Positions 30,900 to 40,522 of a stretch of 64,000 nucleotides of DNA are shown in pieces. Each line of letters begins with the position of its first letter. Position 1 is the first letter of the stretch. The DNA comes from Candidatus Latescibacterota bacterium (GTDB lineage Bacteria > Latescibacterota > UBA2968 > GCA-2709665), in contig OZ244744.1 in the NCBI GenBank assembly GCA_965219455.1, forward strand, positions 3,840,001 to 3,904,000, in the 5' to 3' direction. Position numbers and translations under genes: made by a program. The notes beneath the pieces were generated by a model. That model ran no database searches and was not told the DNA's origin. It saw only the letters and a list, made by a program, of their open reading frames with translations.

Positions 30900-31703
30900 T
30901 GTCAATGATCGCCCATATGCGGCCAATGCGGGATCGGCCTAATCAGGCCACCTGGGATGCGATTGAGGTTTCGGACTTTCCGTCAACGATTCTACCTTCT
31001 GAGTGTCTCCCCGACATTCAGGAGGGAAGAACATGGCAAACCGGAGGTTCGAGATGTATGAGTATCGCCAGGTATTGGCGCGTATGCGGTTGGGCGAGTC
31101 GGATCGTGCGATCGCCCGTTCAGGGTTGATAGGACGCCAGAAGGGCAGCGCTTGTCTGTGCGCCTGCGCGCAACGCGCGGGCAGGCGCACAGGCAGGCGC
31201 TTCGTGAGGTGGCCGGCCGTGAGGGATGGCTGGAGGCTTCCAGCGTGATGCCCGATGATGCGGCGCTCGCGCAGGTTCTACAGCACCCTTCCTCGCGTCC
31301 TCAGTCGGCGGCGTCGGTTTTGCTCTACCAGGACAAGGTCACGGCCTGGTGGCGTCAGTGTATCCGAGGTACGGTCATCCACCAGGCGTTGGTGGACACC
31401 TGCGGCTATGCCAGCTCGTATTCTTCCATCCGGCGTTTTCTCCAGGGGCTCAAAGGCGCTCATCCCGATGTCACCACCGAGTTGGACTTCGATCCCGGCG
31501 ACGTGGCGCAGGTGGACTTTGGGCGTGGTCCAACCATAAAGGACGTCTTAACACACCAGTCCATCGCGACGTGGATCTTCGTGATGGTGCTGGCCTGGTC
31601 TCGCCACCAGTATGCCGAGATCGTACCGGATCAAAAGGTCGAGACGTGGCTTTGCTGCCATCGAAGCGCCTTCGAGTTCTTCGGCGAGCGCCGGCATTCT
31701 TGA
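30900..31703 (+). mobile_element. istA: IS21-family remnant (left end TGTCAA... plus frameshifted, truncated istA)
   Basis: MANRRFEMYEYRQVLARMRLGESDRAIAR at 31033; PGDVAQVDFG, FVMVLAWSRHQY, AFEFFG; no istB. Confidence 0.85.
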
Positions 31704-31943
31704 TTGGCAAACGACCGGTGCTGTTCGCACCTGAATCCGGGGACACTTTACGCCGAGTCAATTCGACGCGGCGACTCGTAGTAATCTGGGTTCCCGGCCT
31801 GGCCAACGCGCTGCTTCCGACCGACACCAACTGCACAAAGAGCGAGACAATACCCGACACGCGTACGCCGGAAACCGGCACCTGAGGCTCCGAAAGATAG
31901 CCTTGTCTATTCCAGAGAGCCTCGACCGAAGTGGAGGAATTCA

Positions 31944-33275
31944 ATGATAGCAGCCGACCAGGAGACTGGTCCGACGCCAGTTGAACGAAGCGTGTCTATC
32001 GGCACCTGGAACATGGATCACTGGAAGCGGACCTCGCAGCAGCGCCAGGACGCATGGCGTTACCTTCAAACGGAGAACAAGGCTGACGTTATGCTGCTCC
32101 AGGAAAGCGTTGCTCCGTCTGACATCCCCCGCAACCGATTCGTACACCGCGAGATCGCTGGCCGGCGGCCCTGGGGCTCGTCGGTTGTGGCGTTCGCCGA
32201 TGACCTGGAAACAGAGGAGATCGATGCCGTGGGTACACGCTACGGCCCAACGAGGTTCAGTATGCTGGGAAGCCTTCCGGGTTCCGTGATTGTTGCTCGA
32301 ATCCACGTGCCTGAAGTGGGCCCAATCACCTGTGTGAGTGTGTATGGCGCGATGGATGACGGCTATGCGCAAACAAGGATGTTTCGTGTTATCGCCGACC
32401 TGATTCCGCTGTTTGACTCGGATGACGGCAGGCGCGTCATTCTGGGAGGCGACTTCAACGTTACAACTGCGGCAGGTCCGGATACGCTCGAACTGCCTCG
32501 ATACCGCGCCCTGTTCGTTGCCATTGAATCACTCGGGCTCGTCAATCTCGTTACGACGGCAAAGGATCGTCCAGACCCCATGCCGGGTTGTCCATGCGGC
32601 ACCGTCGACTGCCGCCACGTGCGAACGTTCGGCGACAATCCGGGCACACAGCTGGATTGGCTGTATGCCACGAAGGAACTCGCGCATCGGTGCACGCGGC
32701 TGCGAGTCGATCACAACGTCATGGGCACCCGGAGTGACCACGCGCCTCTCATTGCCGAGTTTAAAGTCCCCCCACTCAAGGGCGGCATGGTTGTCGATCC
32801 GGACTCATTTGTGCAGGAGTTGGGGGTCCGTGCCGGCTGCAAGTGTACTCGAATTGCCGAAGAACTGATTGCGTGGGCGCACCGGAAACACGTCGAACTC
32901 GAAGGATCGGGCCGCAGGGTCGCGTATTTCAATCGAATGCCGACGCGCAATACCGATCCGCCGGAGATCTGGTTCCAACTCGACAGATTGCCATTGGCAG
33001 ACGGTAAGGGATTGTTGCAGTGGACCTTCAGTATCAAGGCTGACGGCCGCGTGGTCGTCCAATTCCAATACATGGCCCCCGCATTCGATACAATGAATGC
33101 TCGCGAAGAACTATGGTCTGATTTGTGCCGGATTGAAGGCGTGACCTTGGACAAGCGTCTGAACGGGCGACCGAGCTTTCCGTTGCAAAACCTCGCGCAA
33201 TCCGAACGCCGCGAGCAGTTTCAACGGGTGTTTTCCAACATGATCGACAAGACGCTGCGCGATAAAGCGGATTGA
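31944..33275 (+). CDS. Endonuclease/exonuclease/phosphatase (EEP) protein with extra C-terminal domain
   Basis: TWNM, LLQE, GGDFN, QLDWL, SDHAP; stop codon lies inside a repeat 3' end (AGCGGATTGAAAC). Confidence 0.85.
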   Translation: MIAADQETGPTPVERSVSIGTWNMDHWKRTSQQRQDAWRYLQTENKADVMLLQESVAPSDIPRNRFVHREIAGRRPWGSSVVAFADDLETEEIDAVGTRYGPTRFSMLGSLPGSVIVARIHVPEVGPITCVSVYGAMDDGYAQTRMFRVIADLIPLFDSDDGRRVILGGDFNVTTAAGPDTLELPRYRALFVAIESLGLVNLVTTAKDRPDPMPGCPCGTVDCRHVRTFGDNPGTQLDWLYATKELAHRCTRLRVDHNVMGTRSDHAPLIAEFKVPPLKGGMVVDPDSFVQELGVRAGCKCTRIAEELIAWAHRKHVELEGSGRRVAYFNRMPTRNTDPPEIWFQLDRLPLADGKGLLQWTFSIKADGRVVVQFQYMAPAFDTMNAREELWSDLCRIEGVTLDKRLNGRPSFPLQNLAQSERREQFQRVFSNMIDKTLRDKAD

Positions 33276-33351
33276 AACTGCGTCTACGAGGGTTTGAATC
33301 TGACCTACAGCCCTTCCCGTGAGAATCTTCCATCAGAACAAGATTTGAAAC
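33266..33351 (+). CRISPR. Orphan repeat-spacer-repeat unit (family A 3' end, 36-bp spacer, family C repeat 33315-33351)
   Basis: AGCGGATTGAAAC 33266-33278; spacer 33279-33314; TCCCGTGAGAATCTTCCATCAGAACAAGATTTGAAAC. Confidence 0.75.
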
Positions 33352-33434
33352 GGCGCCGGCGGCAAAGCAGAGGTCGACGACGCCGTAAGCCTGCTGGCCG
33401 GGCGCCGCCCCGTCCACGAGAGGAGAGAGCGAGC

Positions 33435-34517
33435 ATGGCGCACCTGTTTGGACGCGACTACACGAAGGCGGAGCTGCTGCGGTTGGTCGGCGATATGAGC
33501 CAGCTCGCCGCCGTTCGCCGCGCGGAGCTGACCGAGGGCAACGAGCGCGGCGCCGGATTGATCGAGGTGAGCAACGCCTCCGGACTGAGCTTCTCGGTGC
33601 TGCCCGGACGGGCGCTGGACATCGCCGCCGCCACCTACCAGGGGCGGTCGCTGTGTTTCCGCAGCGCCACCGGCGACGTCGGACCGGCATTCTTCGAGCC
33701 CGCCGGTTACGGCTGGATGCGCAGTTTCTTCGGCGGCCTGCTGATCAGTTGCGGCCTGACCTTCGTCGGCCATCCCGAGACCGACACGGAGGAGGAAGGC
33801 GAGGAACTGGGCCTGCACGGGCGGCTGTCCGCCATCCCGGCGCGCGAGGTGAGCGCCGGCGGAAGCTGGCAGGGAGACCAATACCGCCTGCGCATCGCCG
33901 GCACCATGCGCGAAGCGGTGGCACTTGGCACCACCCTCGAGCTACGCCGCGAAATCACAACGACGCTGGGCGAGCGCCGCATCAGCATCCACGACCGCGT
34001 GGAGAACCTCGGCGGGTTGCGCTCGCCGTTGATGCTGCTGTACCACACCAATCCCGGCTTCCCGCTGCTCGACGAGGGTACCCGGTTCCTGGTCAACAGC
34101 CAGCTCAGCACCGAGTGGCTGCACGATCGCCCGGTCGATGCCGCGGAGTACGAGCGGGCGCGCGCCCCGGAGCCGGGCGCCGGCGACGACGTATACGTGC
34201 ACCGGCCGGTACCGGACGCCAACGGCAACGTGACCGTTGCGTTGATCAACGACCGGCTTGCGTACGGCCTGCAGTGGCGCATGCCGGCTGCCGAGCTACC
34301 GCTGGTCACCCAGTGGCAGCACTTCGCCGCCGCCGGCTATGTGACCGGCGTGGAGCCGGGCAACTGCTCGCCCCTCGGGCGCGCCTGGAACCGCAGGCAC
34401 GACTCCCTGGAGTACCTGGAACCCGGCGCCACACGCGAGTTCCACCTGGAGATCACCGTGCTCGACGGCGCCGCCGACGTCGCCGCCGCAGAGCGCCGCG
34501 TCGCCAACCTGGCTTGA
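33435..34517 (+). CDS. DUF4432 / aldose 1-epimerase-like protein, copy 1
   Basis: LPGRALDI, GLHGRLS, LLYHTNPGFPLL, GVEPGN; near-identical to 47166-48248. Confidence 0.8.
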   Translation: MAHLFGRDYTKAELLRLVGDMSQLAAVRRAELTEGNERGAGLIEVSNASGLSFSVLPGRALDIAAATYQGRSLCFRSATGDVGPAFFEPAGYGWMRSFFGGLLISCGLTFVGHPETDTEEEGEELGLHGRLSAIPAREVSAGGSWQGDQYRLRIAGTMREAVALGTTLELRREITTTLGERRISIHDRVENLGGLRSPLMLLYHTNPGFPLLDEGTRFLVNSQLSTEWLHDRPVDAAEYERARAPEPGAGDDVYVHRPVPDANGNVTVALINDRLAYGLQWRMPAAELPLVTQWQHFAAAGYVTGVEPGNCSPLGRAWNRRHDSLEYLEPGATREFHLEITVLDGAADVAAAERRVANLA

Positions 34518-34598
34518 CCGCGGATAGTGCGTCCCCGCGCCTTAACCGTACACGAGACGCACCCCACAGAACAGCAGTGCCTCGCGTGCGCTCCACAC

Positions 34599-34864
34599 AC
34601 CGTCGGGAATCTTCCATCAGAACAAGGATTGAAACAGCTTATCATAGATCCAGAGTTGGAGTATGGGTCAGGTCGCCCCCCGTGCGGGAGCGGATTGAAA
34701 CAATATCACCGATGCAGAAAAGAACCAGGCGATCCATCTCCCCTCACTTCGGTGGGGGGAGCGGATTGAAACGTTGTTCGTCAAGCGTCCGACGCTGATT
34801 TCGTATTACATCTCCCCTCACTTCGGTGGCCTGCATGCTGCAAGCGGGGGAAGCGGATTGAAAC
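34599..34864 (+). CRISPR. Distal mosaic mini-array C-B-A-A* (34599-34635, 34672-34701, 34736-34772, 34810-34864)
   Basis: Four repeats ending ATTGAAAC with 36, 34 and 37 bp spacers; last repeat carries an 18-bp insertion. Confidence 0.9.
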
Positions 34865-34883
34865 AGGCTGGTGTCGCGCTGTT

Positions 34884-34900
34884 ACCGGCCGGTTTTTTTT
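34884..34900 (+). terminator. Possible terminator at the array trailer
   Basis: ACCGGCCGGT palindrome followed by a T run. Confidence 0.45.
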
Positions 34901-35143
34901 GTCTCCCGTCATTTATTTTTCATGTTCAACAACAGTGAATATTCCAGATCGGGATTGAATCCCGCGTTTTCTTCTGTATATTCATCTCGACGCGGAGGTG
35001 CGTGTCGACGTGCCGAATAGCGGTTTGCGGAACTCCTCTTTGGCCAAAACGTATCTGCTGGTCATAGTACGAACCGCTATCCTCGGCTCGTCTGGTCCTT
35101 GTAACTGATCTTCTACACAATACACGGTGGGTAATTTGGACGT

Positions 35144-37981
35144 ATGTATGGACGAAACGAGGGTCACATGAATCGGCGCAAAGAATACGTCAGGGGTCAT
35201 CTTCGGCACCTCTGCGACGTGAATCTCCGACAACCATGGAATTCGAAATTCTGGCGGGTTGTTCGCTTTTCTTTTTTTCTTCTGATCGCCCTCCTGTGCG
35301 TGCCACCGTTTCTGCGCGCGCAACCCATCGCCATTGACCCAAATGCGCTCGACTTGGGTGTAGTTGGCGTCGGCGTGGAGACGCGAGCGTCCGTTTCGAT
35401 AGAAAACCTGAAAGACGACGCGCTTGAGGTGATCGTCGGCATTAGCGGCGACGGCTTTAGAGCGTTATCAGATACGCTACGCTTGGACGGCATGGGCGTC
35501 AGCATCGTCGAAGTGAGCTTTAGCGCCACTGCGGCCGGGGAGTATTCGGGCGAACTGACGATGCAAGTTGCCTCCTTATTCATAGACCAGCGCTTAGTCG
35601 TGCCGCTCCAAGCGGCAGCCGTCGTTCCAACCTTCGTGCTTCTACCAGCGGAGGGGCTGGATTTTGGCGCGGTGCCCGTCGGGCAAGTGGCGCTGGCGGT
35701 TGTTATAGTCAGAAATACTGGAACCGTGCCGGTGGCGGCTGGACAGATGGAAGTTGCCGACCTACAAGGCCCCTTTAGCGTTGAGGGCGATGTCGGCCCT
35801 TGGCCAGCTCCCGGCGGTGAAACGGGGATAAACGTTGCGTTTGCACCGACGGGCGCGGGGCTAGTCGCGACTGAGTTCGTCGTCACCGCACCCGACTTTG
35901 GGGATTGGTCCATTCCCCTGCAGGGGAGCGGTTTGGTGCCGGAAGCGGTTTTTTCTCCCCTCCCGGTAGTAGGCCTTGATTTTGGCACCGTCGAAGTGGG
36001 TCGGCGATTAACGCGCGACGTGACTGTTCTAAATCAGGGGCAAGCCGAGTTGCAAGTTGAAAACGTCGCCATCGAGGGTGCAGCATTTACCCTTGGAATA
36101 GGGAACTCATCGGCGACCATTGCTCCCACGGGGCGACATAATCTGAGCGCAGCGTTTGTGCCGCAGAGCGAAGGCGACCAAAGCGGTATCATGCGCCTGT
36201 ACACCAACGATCCGCAAGCTGCAAACGTTGCCATCCCCCTCGCGGGTCGCGGCCAAATCAGCCCGCCGCGCATCGAGATTATTAATGGCGACATTGACTT
36301 CGGCAGCGTGCCTATCGGCGAGAGCGAGCGCAGCCATTTGCTATTGTGGAACAAGGGTGGCCGGCCCGGTGTGGTGGAGGTCGCCGTGACTGCAGGTGAG
36401 GGTGTTGAATTTGGTCTCGAACAGACCTCGGTTCTCGTCCAGCCTAGGGCCAGCGCCCAAGTAGCTTTGAGTTTTTCGCCCAAGGAAGTCGGCTCTCGCC
36501 AAGCTACCCTTCACGTCGAGGCCGAAGCCGAGCGCCAGATTGTGCGCTTGCAGGGCGTAGGCCAGTTTATTGCCCTCAAACCGGCGACCGTGGACTTCGG
36601 TCGCGTCGCCGTCGGCGAAAGCAGCAGCCGAGTCGTCGAAATAGCCAATGTCGGCAACGCCGACTTTGAGATCCACCAGATTCGCTCGACGAGCACCGAA
36701 TTTACCGTTCCCACCCAAATCGACTTCAACAGGAGGTTCCTGCTGCCGCCCAACAGTCAGCGCACTTTGCCGCTGGAAGTGACCTTCATCCCGTCGGCGC
36801 GCGGAGCGATTTCGGGGAACTTGCGGTTGGACGGTTTGGGCGCGAAAGAGATAATGGCTCAAAACTTGTTGCTCAAGGGCCACGGCGTGGCCGCGGAAAT
36901 CGAGTTGAATCCGGAGGGCATCGTTGATTTTGGCTATGCGGTCTTGGGAGAGCAGGCGGAAAGGACCTTCGTGGTCACGAACGTCGGCGATACCGTGCTG
37001 CGAGTTGAGGCGCATCCCCTAAACAACGAAGCCCATATTGCACCGGCGCAATTCGCGCTGGCCGCGGGCAAGTCAGCGGACGTCACGCTCTTTTTTGCGC
37101 CCGATGCTTTAGGCGATCGCCGAGGGCGCGTTTTATTGGTCAGCAACAACGTCAAGGATCGTGCCCGTCCGCTCGAATACAAGGGGCACGGGGTACTCGC
37201 AGACATCGACTTGGCGCAGATTGTCGAGGTCCGGGTCACCCGCGGCGATAAGACCCAACCCTTGGCCGTTGGTTGGAACAATGTCCCCGTTGTGCAAAAA
37301 GACGGCACCAAAGTGGATGTGTCCTTTGCGATTCCCGACTCGCTGCGGCGGGCGCTAATCGGTCGCGAGATGGTCGTCGAGTGGACGCGGCTCGACGAAA
37401 ACTACGCCCCCAAAGGCAATAGCAGTAACCAAAAGCTGAAGGTTAGAATCAACGAATCGAGCGGCGGGCGGGTCTTAGCCGAGGATCTCAATTTGCAGCT
37501 GTCAGAAGACGACAATCGCCGAGTGCGACTCAGAATCACAACCCGAAGTTACCCGGGTGCGGAGTCTCAGAGCGTATCGCAGATTCTGGAAGCAGGGGGC
37601 TGGAAGTGGGAGTTTGAGGCCAAGCCGCTGTTTTCCTTTTTGACGATTCGTCCTGGGCGCGACTATACAGACGCCGATGGCAACGCGGTCCAAGGCAGAA
37701 CTGAGCGCCTGCTTGGCCTGCCCGGACTCGCTTTTGCCGGCTGGCACAACGTCGATAACCCGTCAATTTCCGGCATCCATCTGACCGTTATCGGCAACGT
37801 CCTCGAAGGCCTTTCAACCGAAAAATCGCTAGCCATTTCTCTGGGCGCGGCCGTTTCTTTTTACAAGGATCAGTTTCTCTTCGGCTTCGGGTGGGACATT
37901 TACGACAATCGACCCTTGGCCAGGAAGCAGGGTTCGCAGGACTACATTATGACCTTTAAGTACTCGGGACTGTTCAGGTGA
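35144..37981 (+). CDS. Secreted protein with tandem ASH / choice-of-anchor D Ig-like domains
   Basis: Repeated LDFGxV...NxGxxxL...FxP units (~6); signal peptide; start uncertain. Confidence 0.75.
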   Translation: MYGRNEGHMNRRKEYVRGHLRHLCDVNLRQPWNSKFWRVVRFSFFLLIALLCVPPFLRAQPIAIDPNALDLGVVGVGVETRASVSIENLKDDALEVIVGISGDGFRALSDTLRLDGMGVSIVEVSFSATAAGEYSGELTMQVASLFIDQRLVVPLQAAAVVPTFVLLPAEGLDFGAVPVGQVALAVVIVRNTGTVPVAAGQMEVADLQGPFSVEGDVGPWPAPGGETGINVAFAPTGAGLVATEFVVTAPDFGDWSIPLQGSGLVPEAVFSPLPVVGLDFGTVEVGRRLTRDVTVLNQGQAELQVENVAIEGAAFTLGIGNSSATIAPTGRHNLSAAFVPQSEGDQSGIMRLYTNDPQAANVAIPLAGRGQISPPRIEIINGDIDFGSVPIGESERSHLLLWNKGGRPGVVEVAVTAGEGVEFGLEQTSVLVQPRASAQVALSFSPKEVGSRQATLHVEAEAERQIVRLQGVGQFIALKPATVDFGRVAVGESSSRVVEIANVGNADFEIHQIRSTSTEFTVPTQIDFNRRFLLPPNSQRTLPLEVTFIPSARGAISGNLRLDGLGAKEIMAQNLLLKGHGVAAEIELNPEGIVDFGYAVLGEQAERTFVVTNVGDTVLRVEAHPLNNEAHIAPAQFALAAGKSADVTLFFAPDALGDRRGRVLLVSNNVKDRARPLEYKGHGVLADIDLAQIVEVRVTRGDKTQPLAVGWNNVPVVQKDGTKVDVSFAIPDSLRRALIGREMVVEWTRLDENYAPKGNSSNQKLKVRINESSGGRVLAEDLNLQLSEDDNRRVRLRITTRSYPGAESQSVSQILEAGGWKWEFEAKPLFSFLTIRPGRDYTDADGNAVQGRTERLLGLPGLAFAGWHNVDNPSISGIHLTVIGNVLEGLSTEKSLAISLGAAVSFYKDQFLFGFGWDIYDNRPLARKQGSQDYIMTFKYSGLFR

Positions 37982-38082
37982 GCAGGCAGTGGTACGCCAT
38001 GGCCGGGGCTCACAGGAACTTCGCCCCCATCTTCGTCAGATACACGGCGCTTGGCGCAATCCTTCTAAGGTAACCTCAACCG

Positions 38083-38274
38083 ATGAGAGCCCCACATCCA
38101 TTCGCCGGCAATCCTCTCGACCGAGGCGAACGGGAACGCCGGGACGAAGGCTGGATCGAGCTTCGCGAAGTGCTGCTGGCCCTCGACGGCAAGTGCAAAG
38201 TGCTGTCGGTGCCCGGCCCCATCGCCATCGCCCAACACCTGATCAAGGCCAGGGCCACCCGTGAACGGTTCTGA
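38083..38274 (+). pseudogene. Internally deleted NudC-like remnant
   Basis: FAGNPLDRGERERRDEGW (NudC-like N-term) fused to PGPIAIAQHLI (NudC-like C-term). Confidence 0.4.
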
Positions 38275-38371
38275 ACTGGCTCAACTGCGGGCCTCGCATT
38301 CGTAGGCGTAAATGCGAAGTCTCGCCTCGTCAGCCCTGTATCCCGACGAATGGATTATAGGAGGTGAAGAA

Positions 38372-39241
38372 TTGAAGGTCATATTCAGTCGCAAGGGATT
38401 CGACTCGGCGAACGGCGGCGTGCCCAGTCCTATTTTTCCGGACGGTACCGCCTTGTCTCTACCCATTCCGTATAAGAGAAGCCCGACGCGCTTCAGGGAC
38501 GTACAATGGCGTGGTGAGTCTCTCGGTCCGATCGTGGAGAATTTGTCCAACCGTCGTGTAAAGGGAGGGGAACGATGCCATCTGGATCCGGATCTGAACG
38601 CCGATGCCCTTGAGCGCTTGCCCGGTTGGCGGCCGGCGTTCGGGCAGGTGGAAAAAGCTCAGAGCCATCTGGAAAACCAGGGTGTTGGGCTCGGCGACCT
38701 CTTTCTGTTCTTCGGGTGGTTCCGCGCCGTGGAACCGGAGAATGGATCCATGTGGCGCTACGTCCCAAACGCACCTGGCGTGCACAGGTTGTTCGGTTGG
38801 CTCCTGGTTTCCGAGGTCGTGCCCGTCGAGGGGAATCTGACGCGCGCCCGCTCCGAGCGTCCATGGCTATCCAAGCATCCGCACCTGAATCGGCATTGGG
38901 ACAACAACACCGTCTATATTGCGAGTGAGAAGCTCAACATCACGGGACTAACCTCTCGAACCGGCGCCGGTCTTTTTGGTGGGAGCGGAGAACGTCTCAC
39001 GTTGACGGCACCGCGATCGGCGAAACGCAGCAGATGGCGGCTGCCGTCGTGGTTTTATCCCCCAGGCAGTCGTCCAATACTCAGCTACCATTACAATAGG
39101 AAACTTTGGCGTCGCCGAAAACCGTGGGCATACGTAAACACGGTCGGCCGGGGGCAGGAGTTCGTGTTCGATGCCGACGGTATTCCCGAGGCAGAATCCT
39201 GGCTGCGCAGCCTGTTCGACAGTTCAATTGGCAGCCATTGA
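38372..39241 (+). CDS. Nucleotide-modification-associated domain 3 (Nmad3)-like protein
   Basis: KVIFSRKGFDSANGGVPSPI, HLDPD, GDLFLFFGWFR, GRGQEFV; GGAGG RBS before TTG. Confidence 0.75.
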   Translation: MKVIFSRKGFDSANGGVPSPIFPDGTALSLPIPYKRSPTRFRDVQWRGESLGPIVENLSNRRVKGGERCHLDPDLNADALERLPGWRPAFGQVEKAQSHLENQGVGLGDLFLFFGWFRAVEPENGSMWRYVPNAPGVHRLFGWLLVSEVVPVEGNLTRARSERPWLSKHPHLNRHWDNNTVYIASEKLNITGLTSRTGAGLFGGSGERLTLTAPRSAKRSRWRLPSWFYPPGSRPILSYHYNRKLWRRRKPWAYVNTVGRGQEFVFDADGIPEAESWLRSLFDSSIGSH

Positions 39242-39581
39242 TCAGAGTACGTGATAGAAACGGAAATGCAGTTGCTTTCCGCCCATTAAATGACATATAT
39301 TTGTAGGACAGTCGTGTCAAGTCTGTTAACAGAGATTCTTGGGTTTTAAACACGAATTGGTGTTTCGTGCATTAATCGAGATTTCCTACGGATAAGGTTC
39401 TTGTCTTGCTTGCCCTTGGCCTCGAAATTAATCGCATCTAAAGCGTTGTTTTCCTACGGTTTGTCCTTTATACCCGGGTGTCTGGCATGCTATCACAATT
39501 ATCCGGCGTGTAGCTTCGATTTTATGTCCTGATTTTCGCCGAAATTGACACTGTGCGGCTGTCTACGTTGAGGATATAATA

Positions 39582-40520
39582 GTGGCAGCGAAAGTTTTCG
39601 CCTTTATCAACTACAAAGGTGGCGTTGCAAAAACAACATCAGCCTACCACGTTGGGTGTTGGTTGGCTGGTATAAAAAACAAGAGAGTCTTGCTGATCGA
39701 TATTGATCCACAGACGAACCTCACCTTTCTGTGCGCGTCAATCGACGACTGGGATAGGCGAAAGTCGAGAGTAGGTACGATTGCCACCATGTATAAGAGA
39801 TATTTGGATGGCAAACCGATAGATGTCAAGAAATATCTGTGGAAAACCCCCATTCGCTTAAGGGATGGTCGCCGCCATCCACGAGTTGATTTGATCCCAT
39901 GCGATATAGATTTGATCGGTGAGGATATTGGCGGCGGCCAAATCGCCGGCGCATACCCAAGTTTGGAAGCGCTAATGACGAACGCGAAGCAGTTTATGCG
40001 TGAACGAGAGTTCCTTTTGAAGGCCATCAATGAAGTGCGAGACAATTACGACTATATCCTAATTGATTGTCCGCCAAACCTTTATTTGATGACACAGAAT
40101 GCGCTTGTAGCTGGTGGTTACTATATTGTCACTGCGATACCAGACCATCTTTCTACTATTGGTTTGAACATCCTTATCGGAAAAGTCAAGAGAATCGGGG
40201 AGCTTGTGACTTCCGCAACAGTCCTGGCCGGTCGACAGGCAGATCGCCAGCGGGTTGCAGAGTTGGGTGCCGTTCTATTCGTGCGGGTACGAATCGGAGG
40301 TGCAATGCTAACAACCGCACATGCCAATAAAATGGACGAGGTTCGATCGTCCCTAGATGTCGGCAAATGCTTCGAGACTCATACAACCGAGTTGATCGGG
40401 TACACTGAAGCCGCCGAAAACAGTCTACCCATATGGTTGCATGATTCTGAAAATGCCAGACGGGCTTCGGAAAAGCAGGAGTATCCAATGATCGTCGACG
40501 AACTGTTGAGGAAGTTCTAA
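39582..40520 (+). CDS. ParA/Soj family ATPase (orphan)
   Basis: KGGVAKTT, IDIDPQTNLT, LIDCPPNL; low GC. Confidence 0.85.
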   Translation: MAAKVFAFINYKGGVAKTTSAYHVGCWLAGIKNKRVLLIDIDPQTNLTFLCASIDDWDRRKSRVGTIATMYKRYLDGKPIDVKKYLWKTPIRLRDGRRHPRVDLIPCDIDLIGEDIGGGQIAGAYPSLEALMTNAKQFMREREFLLKAINEVRDNYDYILIDCPPNLYLMTQNALVAGGYYIVTAIPDHLSTIGLNILIGKVKRIGELVTSATVLAGRQADRQRVAELGAVLFVRVRIGGAMLTTAHANKMDEVRSSLDVGKCFETHTTELIGYTEAAENSLPIWLHDSENARRASEKQEYPMIVDELLRKF

Positions 40521-40522
40521 GA

